From positions 58,436 to 78,435 of the IMG/VR virus record IMGVR_UViG_3300012000_002192: a stretch of 20,000 nt of DNA; one strand, given 5' to 3'. Position 1 is the first letter of the stretch, and each line of letters opens with the position of its first letter. Origin of the DNA: an uncultured virus (IMG/VR IMGVR_UViG_3300012000_002192) (lineage: Duplodnaviria; Heunggongvirae; Uroviricota; Caudoviricetes). Below, in pieces: positions 9,040 to 16,646 of the stretch. A program made the translations under genes and the position numbers. Under the pieces are notes generated by a model. The model did no database searches. It was not told where the DNA came from and saw nothing but the letters and a program-made list of their open reading frames with translations.

Positions 9040-9070
9040 CAAATATAGATTATTTCTTCTAATTATCAAA
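9040..9070 (-). promoter_or_regulatory. Bacteroidota-type primary-sigma promoter
   Basis: Minus strand TTTG (9070-9067), 19 nt, TATATTTG (9047-9040). Confidence 0.7.
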
Positions 9071-9131
9071 AATTTTTTGAAAAAAAATAAGTTTGAAAAA
9101 AGAATATATAAGTTAAGAAAAAATAAAAACT

Positions 9132-9857
9132 ATGAAGTATATCAAAACCTACGAAAACTTTACCTATTCTTCTCTGAACGAAGAAGAAGAATTATTTAAA
9201 GGTGTTAGAAAATTACTAGGCAGAGAGTCTGATGAAGATTTGAAACCACTAAAAGACAAGTTCGACGCTGAAATGGTAAACATTGAAAAACAAATTTTAG
9301 CGAACATGCAAAACCCAGAAAGTAAAATTAAAATAAATCAAGACCCTATTGGTATTGCTAAGGAGTTAGGAGAAGACAATAAGAGAGCTCAATTGATCGG
9401 AAAAAATCCATATGTTGAGTTTGACGCTGTGGCTAAGTCTTGGCCTATTAACAAAGAGAGCTTAAATAAAAAATTAGAATGGACAAAATCAGCCTCTATA
9501 GTGAACAGCCCTTCTCAAATTCTACAGGTTGATTTTATCAAAAAGAATGGTTGGTTTGATTATAAGACCGGTCAATATTCTACCCCGGAAGAAATGAAGG
9601 GTAAAGAATTAGAGACTCTAAAACAAACTTGGAACTTCATAAAAGAAGATTTGCAAAAAAAGGCAAGAGAACTAAAATACCAAGGAATATTTGAACCTAG
9701 TATGTTATTGGGTAAACTTATGGAACTGGGTGATAAAAAAATTGTAACCTTTAAACCAGGCAATGAATATGATGGTAAAAAATACTGGAATATTTGTTTT
9801 GAAGAATTTGGTGAACAAATTGGTGTATCAACAGCTAGTGGGGGATTCCACGGGTGA
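9132..9857 (+). CDS. MKYIKTYE-leader protein; candidate internal virion protein
   Basis: Leader MKYIKTYENFTYSSLNEEEE; upstream AATATATAAGTTA (from 9103) matches the core of the 68-bp repeat. Confidence 0.8.
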   Translation: MKYIKTYENFTYSSLNEEEELFKGVRKLLGRESDEDLKPLKDKFDAEMVNIEKQILANMQNPESKIKINQDPIGIAKELGEDNKRAQLIGKNPYVEFDAVAKSWPINKESLNKKLEWTKSASIVNSPSQILQVDFIKKNGWFDYKTGQYSTPEEMKGKELETLKQTWNFIKEDLQKKARELKYQGIFEPSMLLGKLMELGDKKIVTFKPGNEYDGKKYWNICFEEFGEQIGVSTASGGFHG

Positions 9858-9945
9858 TAAAAAACCTCATTTTTTTAGTTTAATAACAAATATAATATTG
9901 GTTAATATAGATAAACTTTAGAACTATTTCTAATATAAAACCTGT

Positions 9946-10782
9946 ATGTCATTAAAAAAAGACCTTGGTCTTTATAAGCCAAGAAAAGAACAAAAAGAGG
10001 CACTTAGTTTTATTGATTCTGAATACCAGAAAAATAAATTAAATAAGTTTTTTCTACTAAATATGCCTGTTGGATCAGGTAAAAGCCATTTGGCCTTAAT
10101 GATTGCTGATTGGTTTAGAAGAACTGTTGATAAGTCATCTAAAATAGATATCATCACCAACTCTAAAATTCTTCAAAATCAATATTCTGATACTTATCAA
10201 TCGATTTGCGACCTAAAAGGAAAAGAAAATTATGAGTGTGATGCCTATTCCTGCTCCTGTGCACAGGGTGCTGAATTTAATAGGCTAAATAAAACTACTT
10301 GTGAAAGTTGTCCGTATGCTTATGCAAGGGAAAGTTTTATTTCTGGTGGAATTTCTTTGACAAATTTCTATCTTTACATACTCTATGCAATTTATAATCC
10401 AAAATTAATAGAAAATAGAGGTTCTCGAGTGTTAATTGTGGACGAGTGTCTACACCCAGAAACTGAGATAACTCTTTGGGATAATTCTACTAAAAAAATT
10501 AAAGACATACAAGTTGGTGATTTAGTGAAAACTATTAATGAGCAGTCTGGTGAAATAGAAAATAAACCCGTCGTTAAGTTGCATCATAATTTGAATAAAG
10601 GGGCCCAGATGTATGAAATCGAAATGAATAATGGAGACATTTTGAGAATAACAGGTAATCACAAAGTCAAAATATCTGATGGTAGTTGGAAAAAAGTAGA
10701 GGATCTGAATGAAGATGATGAGATTTTATATATAAATGAAAAAATCGAATCACATGAATTTGACAGTCATGCAGAAGGATGA
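9946..10782 (+). CDS. DinG/XPD-family helicase N-terminal fragment fused to split-intein N part
   Basis: Q-motif PRKEQ, Walker A MPVGSGKS, Cys cluster CDAYSCSC...CESCPY, then VLIVDE joined to intein block A CLHPETEITLWD (Cys at 10447) and block B ITGNHKV. Confidence 0.92.
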   Translation: MSLKKDLGLYKPRKEQKEALSFIDSEYQKNKLNKFFLLNMPVGSGKSHLALMIADWFRRTVDKSSKIDIITNSKILQNQYSDTYQSICDLKGKENYECDAYSCSCAQGAEFNRLNKTTCESCPYAYARESFISGGISLTNFYLYILYAIYNPKLIENRGSRVLIVDECLHPETEITLWDNSTKKIKDIQVGDLVKTINEQSGEIENKPVVKLHHNLNKGAQMYEIEMNNGDILRITGNHKVKISDGSWKKVEDLNEDDEILYINEKIESHEFDSHAEG

Positions 10783-11723
10783 GATTTACGATTTTCTATC
10801 ATCTTGCAAAGAAAAATTTATCTATAAAAAAAAAGAATCTGACGCCATATCGACTTTAAATTTTTTGATAAGTAAATTTCAAAAAAATTTGATTTTTGAA
10901 AGCCATCAACATTGCTTCAATTATTTAACAGAACACTGGGATAAGAAGTGTAAAAATGAAAACTGTTATAGTAATAGAAAATTGACTTCACTGTTTCCCA
11001 ATAGACAAGATTATATAAACGTTAATCAAAAATATGGAATTTATAAATTCTGTGAAAATCCAGACTGTAATTATAAATCTATATCAAAAAGACAAATGGG
11101 AAAAAATAACACTTGTCATAGAATGACAGAGGAAAGTTTTAAATCAATGTGTGATAAAAACTCCAAAAAAATGAAAAAAAACATTAGAGAAGGTAGATTT
11201 ATCCCAAACGTTACAAATAGTTGGGCAAACTCAAAATGTGAGGTTCAATTACAAAGGGGGGACGAAGTTGTCAAAATCAAAACTAGATCTAGTTGGGAAG
11301 CCTATTTTCAATTATTCAACACTAATTTATTATATGAGAAACTAATAATACCTTATCAATATCTTGGAGATGAGTTTAATTATATTGTCGATTTTGTAGA
11401 CCTCAAAGATCGGATATTATATGAAATAAAGCCTCTATCTAACAAGGATAACGATAAAGTAAAAAGTAAAATCTATTATGCTAAAAAATGGTGTAAACTA
11501 AATGGTTATAAATTTATATTAATTACAGATAAGTGGTTTAAAAAAAATTACAATCCTGAATTATTAAAGGGGCAGCCATGTGAGAAGAAGGTTATTAAAA
11601 ATTTGAGACAATTTAGAAATGAAAATAAAAAAAATTAGTAAAATAGACTACACAGAAGATGTTTATAATCTACACATAAAGGATAATCATAATTATTTTG
11701 CCAACAATCACTGTGTTAGCAAT
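10447..11723 (+). mobile_element. Split intein (IntN 10447-10779, 111 aa; IntC 11619-11723, 35 aa) enclosing a free-standing endonuclease gene
   Basis: IntN starts with Cys and has TGNH; IntC is MKIKKISKIDYTEDVYNLHIKDNHNYFANNHCVSN followed by Cys+1; splicing restores VLIVDE-CHDFDD. Confidence 0.92.
10736..11638 (+). CDS. Putative homing endonuclease, PD-(D/E)xK / TnsA-N-like, with Cys-rich N-terminal region
   Basis: RSSWE...YEKLIIPY...YIVDF...YEIKP...AKKWC...GYKFILIT; CxxxxC pairs (CKNENC, CENPDC); overlaps both intein halves; start could be 10754. Confidence 0.8.
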   Translation: MKKSNHMNLTVMQKDEIYDFLSSCKEKFIYKKKESDAISTLNFLISKFQKNLIFESHQHCFNYLTEHWDKKCKNENCYSNRKLTSLFPNRQDYINVNQKYGIYKFCENPDCNYKSISKRQMGKNNTCHRMTEESFKSMCDKNSKKMKKNIREGRFIPNVTNSWANSKCEVQLQRGDEVVKIKTRSSWEAYFQLFNTNLLYEKLIIPYQYLGDEFNYIVDFVDLKDRILYEIKPLSNKDNDKVKSKIYYAKKWCKLNGYKFILITDKWFKKNYNPELLKGQPCEKKVIKNLRQFRNENKKN

Positions 11724-12890
11724 TGTCATGATTTCGATGATGTTATGTCTGATTTTATCACAATTAAAATTACCGAAACGGTCATCAAAAAGTTTAAATT
11801 CTCAAATGAGCGTGAGATAATTAAAAAACTAAAATCAACCGCTTCCATTTTAGACTATGTAGAGTTTCTTAAGTATATCAACTTAGAAATTAGCGAAACT
11901 ATGACCGATATGGAAAGAGGTATGTCAGGAGTGATAAGGTCATCAAAGTCAGACAAAAGAGATCTAAAATTGTCTAAAGTCTTAAAAACTGGAAATCCAG
12001 ATGTTAAGATAATGAATTTAATCACCGACTTAAAGCAATATCAACTTAAAATTGAAGTTTTCTTAAAGGAGTATAAAGAAAATCCTAATAATTGGGTCTT
12101 AGAATCAAATTGGAATGAAAAAACAAAACAAAAAGAATTATCACTTGAGCCAATCTGGGCTTACGACTATTTAGATAAATATGTTTTTTCACACTATGAT
12201 ATGGTTTTTTTGATGTCGGGAACAATACTGGATAAAAATTTATTCTGTCAATTAAATGGACTTGATGTATCAAAAGCCGTATATTATTCAATACCTTCAC
12301 CTTTTGCTAAAAAAAATAGACCAATCTACTATATGCCGATTGGTAAAATGTCATTTAAGTCTAAAGAAGAAACTTTTAGAAAATATATTCCTTACATAAA
12401 TAAACTACTTGACAAGTATAAAGAGCAAAAGGGTATTATTCACACCAATTCCTTTGAATTAGCTAATTGGATTCAGTCGTCTATTAAAAATCCAAGACTG
12501 ATATTTCATGACTCATCTAATAAAGATGAAATGTTAAGATTACATATGGAATCAGAAGAACCCACCGTAATTGTAAGCCCGTCTATGGATACTGGTGTCA
12601 GTTTTGACAACGATTCGGCTCGTTTTCAAATTATTGCTAAAATTCCTTATCCCAGTCTTGCATCTCAAAAAAATAAATTAAGACAAAAAAATAACCCGGA
12701 TTGGTATAGTTGGAAAACCGTTTCTGGTCTGATACAAATGACTGGAAGACCGGTTCGTTCTGAAATGGATTATGCTGATACTATTATTATTGATGGTGGA
12801 TTTGGAGATGTTATTAAACACTCTTCTCAATTTTTACCAGATTGGATTCAAGAAGCTATTAAAAAAGTAAATGTTAAGATTGAGGCGTAA
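11619..12890 (+). CDS. Split-intein C part fused to DinG/XPD-family helicase C-terminal fragment
   Basis: After SN/C: motif III LMSGTI, IPSPF, KGIIHTNSF, SPSMDTGVSF, IIAKIPYPSL, motif VI QMTGRPVRS, IIIDGGF. Confidence 0.92.
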   Translation: MKIKKISKIDYTEDVYNLHIKDNHNYFANNHCVSNCHDFDDVMSDFITIKITETVIKKFKFSNEREIIKKLKSTASILDYVEFLKYINLEISETMTDMERGMSGVIRSSKSDKRDLKLSKVLKTGNPDVKIMNLITDLKQYQLKIEVFLKEYKENPNNWVLESNWNEKTKQKELSLEPIWAYDYLDKYVFSHYDMVFLMSGTILDKNLFCQLNGLDVSKAVYYSIPSPFAKKNRPIYYMPIGKMSFKSKEETFRKYIPYINKLLDKYKEQKGIIHTNSFELANWIQSSIKNPRLIFHDSSNKDEMLRLHMESEEPTVIVSPSMDTGVSFDNDSARFQIIAKIPYPSLASQKNKLRQKNNPDWYSWKTVSGLIQMTGRPVRSEMDYADTIIIDGGFGDVIKHSSQFLPDWIQEAIKKVNVKIEA

Positions 12891-12955
12891 TTAAATTAAT
12901 TAGTCATGAAAAATTATCGTATGAATTTTTTATTTCTTTTAGTCTCTCTCTCGCT

Positions 12956-13405
12956 TTAATCTTTTGACTCATCTTCTTTCTCTCTTGACTCTATCGCATC
13001 TTCAATTGCTTTTCCTCTGGCCAATTCCCACTCTGAGAGTTTTTTATCGCCATCTAAATCTGCCTTTTCTGGATGTTTAAGTCCCGATTCTTTATAGGTT
13101 ACTTTTTTTTGTTTTTTATTTTCGGAAATAAAACTTTTGAAGGATTTAACACTTTCAATTTTCAATTGAGATTCGTCGCCCCAAGACCTCTCATCATCGG
13201 TTTTAGTGATTTCATTGCTTTGGTCATCTGTTTTTAGAATCACATTATTGGTTTCTTCTTCAGCTTCACATGGCTCGCATTCTTCTTCTTCAGAGATTGC
13301 TCTGTCATGGTCATCGTCAGTTGATGGGTCTTCTTGGCTGTCAAACATTTCTGAAGAAAACCTTGGTCCCAAGTCATAATCTTCAAATTTCTTTACGTGT
13401 CTCAT
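12956..13405 (-). CDS. Acidic low-complexity protein with MRHVKKFEDY leader and an EF-hand-like loop
   Basis: Leader motif plus internal copy ESVKSFKSFISE; DLDGDKKLSEWE near the C-terminus. Confidence 0.8.
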   Translation of the reverse strand: MRHVKKFEDYDLGPRFSSEMFDSQEDPSTDDDHDRAISEEEECEPCEAEEETNNVILKTDDQSNEITKTDDERSWGDESQLKIESVKSFKSFISENKKQKKVTYKESGLKHPEKADLDGDKKLSEWELARGKAIEDAIESREKEDESKD

Positions 13406-13424
13406 ATTATATTTAGTATTTTTA

Positions 13425-13478
13425 TTCTTTATATATTAAAAAAATATTTATTTTTTATGATATTTAATATATAAAGAA
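13425..13478. promoter_or_regulatory. 16-bp perfect inverted repeat, probably divergent TAATATATA promoters
   Basis: TTCTTTATATATTAAA (13425-13440) and TTTAATATATAAAGAA (13463-13478), 22-nt spacer, between divergent genes. Confidence 0.7.
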
Positions 13479-14471
13479 ATGTCATTACTTAGTTATTTAC
13501 AATTTATTGCAGAGTCAAAAAGTGAAGTCGAGCTTCCGACCATATTCTTGAAAGATTTTTACCACAAAATTCAAAAGATTAAGTCACCTATCACCGACGA
13601 ATTTAATCGAATTTATGACTTTGGTGATGCTATGTGGAAGCGACCAAGTAAATGGACTTTTATTGGTGAATCTAATCAATCAGATAAAGTGGTATTTAGT
13701 GAAAGTTGGAGAATTAAAGACTGGATTATTGCGACTTACGGAGACGCAGCCGACTGTGAAAAAATGATGCAACAAATGACACACCCCAATTCACAAGATG
13801 AGATTATATCTAACTCACCGCGTGTTGAAATGAAAGTAGGTAGATTTATAAGGGGATATTTCAAAGACCAGTTTTCAGATTCAGAAATTGAAAATTTTGT
13901 AAATCAGTGGAAATCACTTGAAGAAAATATAGAATTTGAAATCTGGACTGGTTCAGATATTAAAAATGGGTATCTTTCAAGAAAGTACCACTTTAATGAT
14001 TATGATAGAGGCATTAACCCACTTATGAATTCCTGCATGAATGACACCTCGTATATTTCCTTTTATCAATATTGGCCAAGTGTTAAACTATTGGTGTTAT
14101 TGGATCAAAAGAAACAGATTCTTGGTCGAGCCTTAATCTGGGAGGATTATATGGGTAGAAAAATCATGGACCGAATTTACTATGTTTATGACAAAGATTA
14201 TTTTCATTTTGTAAGATGGGCAAAAGAACATGACTACTATTATAAAGAAAAAAATACTGGTTTAATTAGTTTTATCAAAAACGATGGTGTAGAAAGATTA
14301 AAAACGAGAGTAAAAATCATGAACGCTTTTCTTTTTCCTGAAGAAGAATACCCGTTTATGGATACATTTTGTTACATACAAGATGAATGGGCCTATAACT
14401 ATGAACCTGAGGGTTTATATTGGAGATTTCAAAATACAGACGGAACTTATGACGAAGATTTTTATCAGTAG
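13479..14471 (+). CDS. Hypothetical protein with SCM...GRALIW...MDRIY...YPFMDTF motifs
   Basis: Motif series recalled from uncharacterised phage proteins; leader MSLLSYLQFIAES resembles T4 MKTYQEFIAE. Confidence 0.75.
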   Translation: MSLLSYLQFIAESKSEVELPTIFLKDFYHKIQKIKSPITDEFNRIYDFGDAMWKRPSKWTFIGESNQSDKVVFSESWRIKDWIIATYGDAADCEKMMQQMTHPNSQDEIISNSPRVEMKVGRFIRGYFKDQFSDSEIENFVNQWKSLEENIEFEIWTGSDIKNGYLSRKYHFNDYDRGINPLMNSCMNDTSYISFYQYWPSVKLLVLLDQKKQILGRALIWEDYMGRKIMDRIYYVYDKDYFHFVRWAKEHDYYYKEKNTGLISFIKNDGVERLKTRVKIMNAFLFPEEEYPFMDTFCYIQDEWAYNYEPEGLYWRFQNTDGTYDEDFYQ

Positions 14472-14489
14472 AAAATAATATATACCTCT

Positions 14490-15302
14490 ATGTCAATAAA
14501 AAAATTTGCCGACTTTAATCATTCTGAAATTTTATTGGAGGATTTTATCCAATCACTTTGGCAAAACGTCAATGAATCTGAAGACCAGAAAAGTGAAGAA
14601 GATTCGGTGTATAAAAGGATAGAAAAAAAGGTCTTTTCTGACTTAAAATTAGATACTAAACTGGTGTTTACTTTTGGGGCTGGAATTGGGGCCCTATATC
14701 CGGTGGTGATGCAGATGTTAGAAAACATGTCAATTTTTAACTTTGAGCTTTCAAAACAATCAGCGGTTTTATTAACAATTGCCGCTATTACCATTATTTA
14801 CCTGGAAGAAAAAAAATCTAAAAGTTCAGAAGAAGAAGACCGTCTCACCAAAGACTCGCGGTCTATGTTAGAGGAGTTAAGAATGAGAGGCATAGGCGAC
14901 GGTATTGTAAAAAAGGTGATTAAAGCACTTACTGGAATTAAAAACATTTTTTCTAAAATTGGAAAACACTTAGGAGCGGCTATTGGTGGAATTATCGATA
15001 TGTTTTCATACACTGCAATTTTAATTCCAATAATAAATGCTGTTCTTAAAATAATTGTAAAATACGATATGGGAGTTGATGAAATGATTTCTAATTTTTT
15101 CATCTTGTCAACTGGTATAGTAACTAAAATTGCAAAACACGGTATGGTAGAGGTTCTCAGAATGTTAAAAAAACTAATAACTCCTTCAACTGAAAAAGAT
15201 ATAATTGATGAAATAGAAACTCCGGTTGTTCAAAAATTTGGAGATTTTACACATGGTATGTTAGATAGCGAAACTGACGGTGAGCCAATTAATGAGCAGT
15301 AG
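14490..15302 (+). CDS. Hypothetical multi-TM-like protein with MSIKKFADF leader
   Basis: Three to four hydrophobic stretches; TAATATATA at 14476-14484; internal VQKFGDF copy near the C-terminus. Confidence 0.75.
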   Translation: MSIKKFADFNHSEILLEDFIQSLWQNVNESEDQKSEEDSVYKRIEKKVFSDLKLDTKLVFTFGAGIGALYPVVMQMLENMSIFNFELSKQSAVLLTIAAITIIYLEEKKSKSSEEEDRLTKDSRSMLEELRMRGIGDGIVKKVIKALTGIKNIFSKIGKHLGAAIGGIIDMFSYTAILIPIINAVLKIIVKYDMGVDEMISNFFILSTGIVTKIAKHGMVEVLRMLKKLITPSTEKDIIDEIETPVVQKFGDFTHGMLDSETDGEPINEQ

Positions 15303-15356
15303 AGACTAAACCAGTTTTCATTTTTTTATATAATAAAGACATAGAAATATAAAATA

Positions 15357-16088
15357 ATGACACCTCAGCTTGAAAAAGTTTTTTTTAATTACGTTTTACA
15401 GTATAAGAAATACTTTGATATTGTAAAGCCTCACTTTTTTAGAAACTCTCAAATTCAGTTTGTCTATGGTGTATTAAGAAATTATATTTTAGCTCAAAGC
15501 GACAGTAAGATACCAACGGCTAGACAAATTTTAGATATGGTGTCTTTAGAAGACAAAGAGGGTCAAATTACAAAAGAAATACTTAAATCAATTCTGCAAG
15601 TCAAACTTTCTGAATACGATGAGAAAAACTTTATTGAACCAAAATTCAATGCCTGGGTGCTTTCTAACCGGCTTAAAACCGGAACCGTTGATATTATTGA
15701 TGAAACTAGAAACTTAGACCAAATATCTGATTTTGATAAGGCTGTAGAAGCCGCCGATAGAATTAAGTCAATAGTAGATGAAATGTCATCAACTAATTTT
15801 GTGCAAGATGATGACATGGGTTCTGATTTTGATGATCCAGAAAATCATGTTCAGGACTCATCAAAGTTTAAGATAAAATCTGGATTCGAAACTTTAGACC
15901 ATATGCTTGGTGGTGGTTGGGATATACAAACCTTAAATTGTATCATGGCAGAGACTAACAACGGCAAATGTTGTCATTTTGTCAGTAAAATTGTCTTAAA
16001 AAATAAGAAAAATGACAAAATGTCAATTCGTGATTTCGGAACACTATTCTCCGAAATTAGTAAGGGGATTACAATGACTAAGCGATAA
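15357..16088 (+). CDS. gp41/DnaB-type replicative helicase N-terminal fragment fused to a 39-aa split-intein N part
   Basis: KIKSGFETLDHMLGGG...TLNCIMAETNNGK (Walker A lacking its final S/T), then CCHFVSKIVL... from 15969. Confidence 0.88.
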   Translation: MTPQLEKVFFNYVLQYKKYFDIVKPHFFRNSQIQFVYGVLRNYILAQSDSKIPTARQILDMVSLEDKEGQITKEILKSILQVKLSEYDEKNFIEPKFNAWVLSNRLKTGTVDIIDETRNLDQISDFDKAVEAADRIKSIVDEMSSTNFVQDDDMGSDFDDPENHVQDSSKFKIKSGFETLDHMLGGGWDIQTLNCIMAETNNGKCCHFVSKIVLKNKKNDKMSIRDFGTLFSEISKGITMTKR

Positions 16089-16646
16089 TTAATGCATAAT
16101 AGCTTGAATTGCTTGTCGCCTATCCTCAACCCATAAAATTGACACATTTATCTAAAAACTCAAAACAAACTATAGAAAAATGTATAAAATTCATTAATGA
16201 ATAATTTAGATAATTTTGAAATAATTGAAGCAGATAGTCTTCTGAGTGGCAAATATGATAGACCCCTTTATGACAAATTCATCGAGGCTTATGAGGTTAA
16301 GGATTTGCAAGTGCTGACACCAAATGGTTGGGTTGATATTGAGGGTATTGGAAAAACAGTAGAATATGACGAGTGGGTAATTCAAACATCTGGTGGTAAA
16401 GAGTTGATTTGTGCCGATGAGCACTTGGTATATAGATGTGATAATTTAAATTTCCTCGATAAAAAGTGTGACCTGACTGAGTTGTGCACTAAAGATTTAA
16501 GTTGCGGTGATTTTATTATGACAAAAGACGGCCCAGAAATGGTTATGGGTATTGGATTAACTGGTCAAAAGTCGCACATGTATGATATTCAACTTTCCAG
16601 TGGTTCAAATAAACAGTATTACACCAATGATATTTTAAGTCATAAT
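15969..16646 (+). mobile_element. Atypically split intein (IntN 15969-16085, 39 aa; IntC 16197-16646, 150 aa)
   Basis: IntC carries VLTPNGW, block B ICADEHLV, block F MYDIQL and terminal YYTNDILSHN followed by Ser+1; splicing restores AETNNGK-SLWMQN. Confidence 0.88.

Noticed and set aside
9887..9894. Fourth minus-strand TATATTTG
   Set aside because: No TTG 19 nt upstream, and it points antisense into the 9132 gene.
10736..11638. Tn7-like transposon or T4 gp4 head-completion gene
   Set aside because: No TnsB/TnsC or terminal repeats; the position inside a split intein and the long Cys-rich N-terminus fit a homing endonuclease better.
13479..16088. TAG recoding: ORFs 13479, 14490 and 15357 are in one frame separated only by TAG stops
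   Set aside because: No conserved gene (thyA, polymerase, helicases, nrdA) is interrupted by an internal TAG, and each spacer has its own promoter-like motif and ATG; treated as coincidence.
16139..16144. TTGACA sigma70 -35 box in the helicase gap
   Set aside because: No -10 element at 16-18 nt spacing.
16089..16196. Read-through, intron or pseudogene explanation for the in-frame helicase halves
   Set aside because: Five in-frame stops including the terminal one, a gap too short for a self-splicing intron, and intact intein ends and helicase motifs on both sides.
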